Shown here: positions 59,744 through 64,000 of the stretch, piece after piece | Layout: every line of letters starts with the position of its first letter | Numbering within the stretch: the first letter of the stretch is position 1 | NCBI RefSeq assembly: GCF_028641065.1 | Contig: NW_026576619.1 | Coordinates: 248,001 to 312,000, forward strand | Direction: 5' to 3' | Origin: Leucoraja erinacea | Lineage: Eukaryota | Length of the DNA stretch: 64,000 nucleotides | Program-made: the position numbers and the translations under genes | The notes under the pieces: model-generated | The model's input: the letters and a program-made list of their open reading frames with translations, nothing else | Told to the model about the DNA's origin: nothing | Database searches by the model: none

Positions 59744-60810
59744 ATGTCGGCCTTCCTGCCCCTTCTCCACACCGACTCCCAGGACGCGGCCGATGAGCTG
59801 GATGTTCTGAACGACGAGGCGTCGGATCCCGGGGCCAAGGAGCAGCCGCCGCCGCTGGAGGAGACGGGGAGCTCGCTGTTGCACAGTTCCGCCACGCTAC
59901 TGTACCAGGAGGTCCGGCAGCGGCCCAGTTGTCTGGGGATGGAGTTGGAGATGACGGCGCTGCGGGCGGTGCAGGAGCCGGCAGTCGAGGAGAGCCTCGG
60001 GTCCAGCGGGGAGCGGGACGGGGGCGCTCCCTCACCCGAGAAAGGCGCTCCCTCACCCGAGAAAGGCGCTCCCTCACCCCAGAAAGGCGCTCCCTCACCC
60101 GAGAAAGGCGCTCCCTCACCCGAGAAAGGTGGGGGCAGGACGCTCCCTCACTCGAGAAAGGCGCTCCCTCACCCGAGAAAGGCGCTCCCTCTCTGGGGCT
60201 CCCTCACTCGAGAAAGGCGCTCCCTCACTCGAGAAAGGCGGTCCCTCGCTGGGGCAGGACGCTCCCTCACTCGAGAAAGGCGCTCCCTCACCCGAGAAAG
60301 ACGCTCCCTCTCTGGGGCAGGACGCTCCCTCACTCGAGAAAGGCGCTCCCTCACCCCCGCGCCTCTGCGATCCCAGTGTCCATGTGCTCCCTGCGCCCGG
60401 CGACCCGCTTCTGGAGGACCGGAGGGGCGACGAGGAAGGAGATGGAGAGGAGGGGGAGTCGGTGTGGGAGGGGGAGGGGGAGGAGGGGGTGTCTGCCCAC
60501 CCCGAGCTCCAACCCTGTCTCGGGGGCCACTGGCGCGACTCCCCGCCGCCCGGATCCAGGGACCGGGACCGGGACGAGGAGACGGGGTCGCGGGGCAGCG
60601 GCGAGGGTCGAGGCCGCTCGTGTTGTCGTTGCAGCCGCGAGAACCTGAAGGCGACGGCAGCTCTGGCCGCGGCCCTGCTCGTCTACCCCCTCTTCCTCTA
60701 CGGCGCCTACGTCTTCCTGCCCTTCGATGTGCCCCTGATGCCCGACCTCAGTGCCCGTCTCGTCTACACCCTGAGGTGCAGCGTCTTCGCCACCGTGCCC
60801 GTCATTATGG
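59744..60810 (+). CDS. TMEM79: TMEM79 first coding exon (frameshifts inside the repeat)
   Basis: Acceptor ctccacag| at 59731, gccATG at 59744, donor ATGG|gtgagc. Confidence 0.88.
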
Positions 60811-63800
60811 GTGAGCGGCGGGGGGGGGGGGGGTGGAGGGGGAGGGAGAGGGGGGGGGAACTTGAGGGGAGGGAAGGAAGTAATGGGATAGGAGGGATTG
60901 TGAGGGGAGAGGAAGGTGTGTGGATGGAGGGTGGGATGGAATGGGAGAGGATGGACTGGGGGATGGGTTGAGGGGTTGGGAGGGAAGGGGAGGGTGGAGG
61001 AAGGGGGGGGGGGGGAGGGAGGGAGAGGGGGGGAACTTGAGGGGGAGGGGACGGAGATAAAATGGGATAGGAGGGGTTTTTTGTGTTTGGGGATGGGGGG
61101 AGAGGAGAGGGGATGGGTTGAGTTTGGGAGGGAAGGGTGGGGGAAGGGGGTGGGGGTGGGGGGCGGGGGAGCGTCTCCAAGCCCGGGCGCGGTGGTGGTG
61201 GGAGCTGCCGATGAACGAGGACAGAATGGGAGGAGAGACAGAGGAAGGCGTGGTCTCTGGGAGGCGTTGTCGAGCAGACAGATCTAGGAGCGGGTGGATA
61301 AGGTGGTCGAAAAGGCGTTTGGCACATTTGCCGACAACAGAGCATTGAGTATAGAAGTTGGCAGATAGTGAAGATGGTTGTGAACGATTGCAGCAGGATC
61401 TGGATCGATTGACCAGGTGGGCGGAGGAATGGTCGATGGAATTTAACACAGAGAAGTGTGAGGTGTTGCTTTTTGGGACATCGAACAAGGGCAGGAATTA
61501 CACTGTGAATGGTAGACCTCTGGGTAGTGTTGTAGAGCAGAGGGATCTAGGAGTACAGGCGCATGGTTTCATGAAGTTGGAGTCGCAGGTCGATAAGGTG
61601 GTCAAAAAGGCTTTTGGCACATTGGCTTTCATCAGTCAGAGTATTGAGTATAGAAGGTGGGAGGTCATGCTGCAGTTGTATAAGACGTTGGTGAGACCCC
61701 ATTTCGAATATTGTGTTCAATTCTGTGCACCATGTTATAGGAAATATATTGTCAAGCTATATATTGTCAGGTTCAGAGAAGATTTACGAGGAGGACTAGA
61801 GGGTATAAGCTATAGGGTAAGGTTGAGTAGGCTGGGTCTCTATTCCATGTAGCGCAGGAGGATGAGGGGAGATTTTATAGAAGTGTACAAAATCATGAGA
61901 GGAATAGATCGGGTAGATGCACAGTCTTTTGCCCAGTGTAGGGGAATCGAAGACCAGAGAACATAGGTTCAAGGTGAAGGGGGAGATATTTAATAGGAAC
62001 CTGAGTGATAACGTTTTCACACCAAGGTTGGTGGGTGAATGGAACGAGCTGCCAGACCTACGGGCAATATCTTCACCGGGGTTGGGGGGGGGAGGGGGTG
62101 TGGATTAATTAACTCCGTCCTCTCTCTCCCCACTGCTGTCAGGGATCATCGTGTACGGCCTAGCGCGGCTCTGCTCCTCGTCGCTTGACCCGTTCGGCAA
62201 GAGGAAGGAGGAGGTGGAGATTCACCTGCGGTTCGTCACTGACTCCATTCACCTCTTTGTGCTGTTCCTCATCAACCTGCTGGTGGTCGCCACTTACCTG
62301 CCCCCTGAGCTCTTGAAACTGCTGCCGTTACTGACGGCCGGCTTCAGCCTGGCCAGGTGAGTTCACCCCCTCCCTCCTTATCCCCCCCTCCTCCCCCCCC
62401 CCACACAACCCCCACACAACCCCCACCCCCCCCCCCACACAACCCCAGCCCCCCCCCCACACACAACCCCCCCACACAACCCCCCACCCACCACTGGTTT
62501 CAGACTGGCCCAGTGAGTCTACCCCCTCTTCCTCCTTATCCCCCCCTCCTCCCCCCCCCCACAACCCCCCCCCCCACCAACCCCACAGTGTACCCCCACA
62601 CACAACCCCCCCCACCCACTGGCTTCAGCCTGGCCCGGTGAGTTCCCCATACCCCCTCCCTCCTTATCCCCCCCACACACAACCCCCTCACACACAACCC
62701 CCCCCCTATCTTATTCTTCCCTCCCCCCCCCACACAGATTCCAGTGATCCCACATTCCCCCCCCCACCTCCGGCTCTCAGGTGGCTGGGCCAGGTCTCCC
62801 CCCACCCCCCCCCTCCTTCCCCTCGCCTCCCCCCCACCTCCCCCCCCCCCCCCCCCCCCACATTCAGTGTGTGTAACACCCCTCCCCCCACCCATAACCA
62901 CCACACACCCCTCTCCCTCCATCACCTTCTTCCAGGCCCCCCCCCCCCATAGTCACCTCGCCCCTATCCCCTCCTCCCCTTTCACACTCCTCCACCCTCT
63001 CCCCTTCTCCTCCCCTCCCCTCCTCTCCCCTCCCTCCCCCCCCCTCCTCTCCCCCCCTCCCCTCCTGTCCCCCTCCCTCCCTCTCTTCACCTCCCCTCCC
63101 TCTTCTGGCGCCTCCTCCTCCCTTCTCACCCCTCCTCCCCTCCCACATTCCTCCCTCTCCCTCCCCTCTCCTCCCGTCTTACCCCTCTCCCCTCTCACCC
63201 CCCTCCTTCCCCTCTCCCCCCCCCCCCCTGGGGGCCCCCTCACTCTCACCCCACCATCTCCCTCATGTGCTGTGAACCCGGGTTGGGGGGGGGGGTGGGT
63301 GGGGGGGGTGTGTGAATGGACGGGGTAGAGGTGTCCTCACCTTGGGTCTGACGGCTGTAACTCTCATTACAGGCTGATCTACTGGGTGTGGGGGGGGGGG
63401 GGGGTGAAGGGGAGAGGGAGTGTGTGAATGCACGGGGTAGAGGGGTCTTCACCTTGGGCCTGACGGCTGTAACTCTCATTACAGGCCTGATCTACTGGGG
63501 GGGAGGGGGGGGGTTGTGTGGGGGGGTTTTTGTGTGGGTGGGTGGGGGAGGGGGGGTTGTGTGGGTGGGGGGGGGGGGGTGGGGGGGGAGGGGGGGAGGG
63601 GTTGGGGGGGGGGTGGGGGAGGGGGGGCAGGGGTGTTAGGGTGGGTTGTTTTGGGGGGGGTGGTCGGTTGGGTGGGGGGGGGTGGGGAGGGGGGTTTTCA
63701 GGGTGGGTGGGGGGTGGGGGGGGGGGGTTGAGGGAGGGGTGTGAATGCACGGGGTAGAGGGGGGTCTTCACCTTGGGCCTGACGGCAGTAACTCTCATTA

Positions 63801-64000
63801 CAGGCTGATCTACTGGGTGACATTCGCCATCAGCAGCACATTCCGGGGATTCGGTTATGGCCTCTCCTTCTTCCCGATCCTCGGCCTCCTGGTGTGTAAC
63901 CTCAGCTACATGTTCGTGCTGGCTCCCGATCAAATGTTCGCCACGGGGACCGGAGACTGGGAGGAAGAGACGGAGGCAGCGGCCCCACGTCAGCGATTCT
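59744..64000 (+). CDS. TMEM79: Transmembrane protein 79 (mattrin); exons 59744-60810, 62143-62356 and 63804 to beyond 64000
   Basis: [39 protein letters not shown] / [32 protein letters not shown] / [25 protein letters not shown] match recalled TMEM79, with canonical splice sites. Confidence 0.94.
60023..60355 (+). repeat. Coding 21-bp minisatellite encoding (GAPSPEK)n
   Basis: GGCGCTCCCTCACCCGAGAAA units inside the TMEM79 exon. Confidence 0.9.
61360..62056 (+). mobile_element. CR1-type LINE fragment
   Basis: ORF 61358-61852 encodes the RT C-terminus. Confidence 0.88.
62143..62356 (+). CDS. TMEM79: TMEM79 coding exon
   Basis: ctgtcag|GG ATC...CCAG|gtgagt, 214 nt. Confidence 0.93.
63804..64000 (+). 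CDS. TMEM79: TMEM79 last coding exon (runs off the window)
   Basis: [53 protein letters not shown]. Confidence 0.93.

Noticed and set aside
16522-60355. PAQR6, SMG5 and TMEM79 as pseudogenes because of frameshifts
   Set aside because: Indels cluster in homopolymer, GC-rich or garbled stretches, while clean exons are highly conserved with intact splice sites. Assembly error is far more likely.

Overview
This is eukaryotic vertebrate genomic DNA, not prokaryotic. The repeat content points to a cartilaginous fish, probably a skate or ray: CR1/HER1-type LINE 3' ends with (TATGTTTC)n tails, HE1-like tRNA-derived SINEs, and Penelope-like foldback elements carrying hammerhead cores. The window is GC-rich, minisatellite-dense and has five N-gaps and several unpolished, indel-rich stretches. 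Three spliced housekeeping-type genes are recognisable: PAQR6 (+, ~13.6-24.1 kb), SMG5 (-, 28.6-54.3 kb) and TMEM79 (+, 59.7 kb to the window end). This is the same trio found at human 1q22. The standout is upstream of PAQR6 on the - strand: an intact leader / germline-joined VJ / C1 / Cys-TM gene (9918 to 5383, all phase-1 exons) that looks like a non-rearranging antigen-receptor-like chain with an uncharged TM. It is followed by the promoter and leader exon of a probable second, tandem gene (587-527). That promoter has a perfect kappaB site, an Ets core, a CRE decamer and a 13-bp motif shared with the first gene's upstream region. Nearly all long ORFs in the supplied track are artefacts of low-complexity repeats or LINE fragments. 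All assignments come from reading the sequence and from recalled protein sequences; no searches were run.
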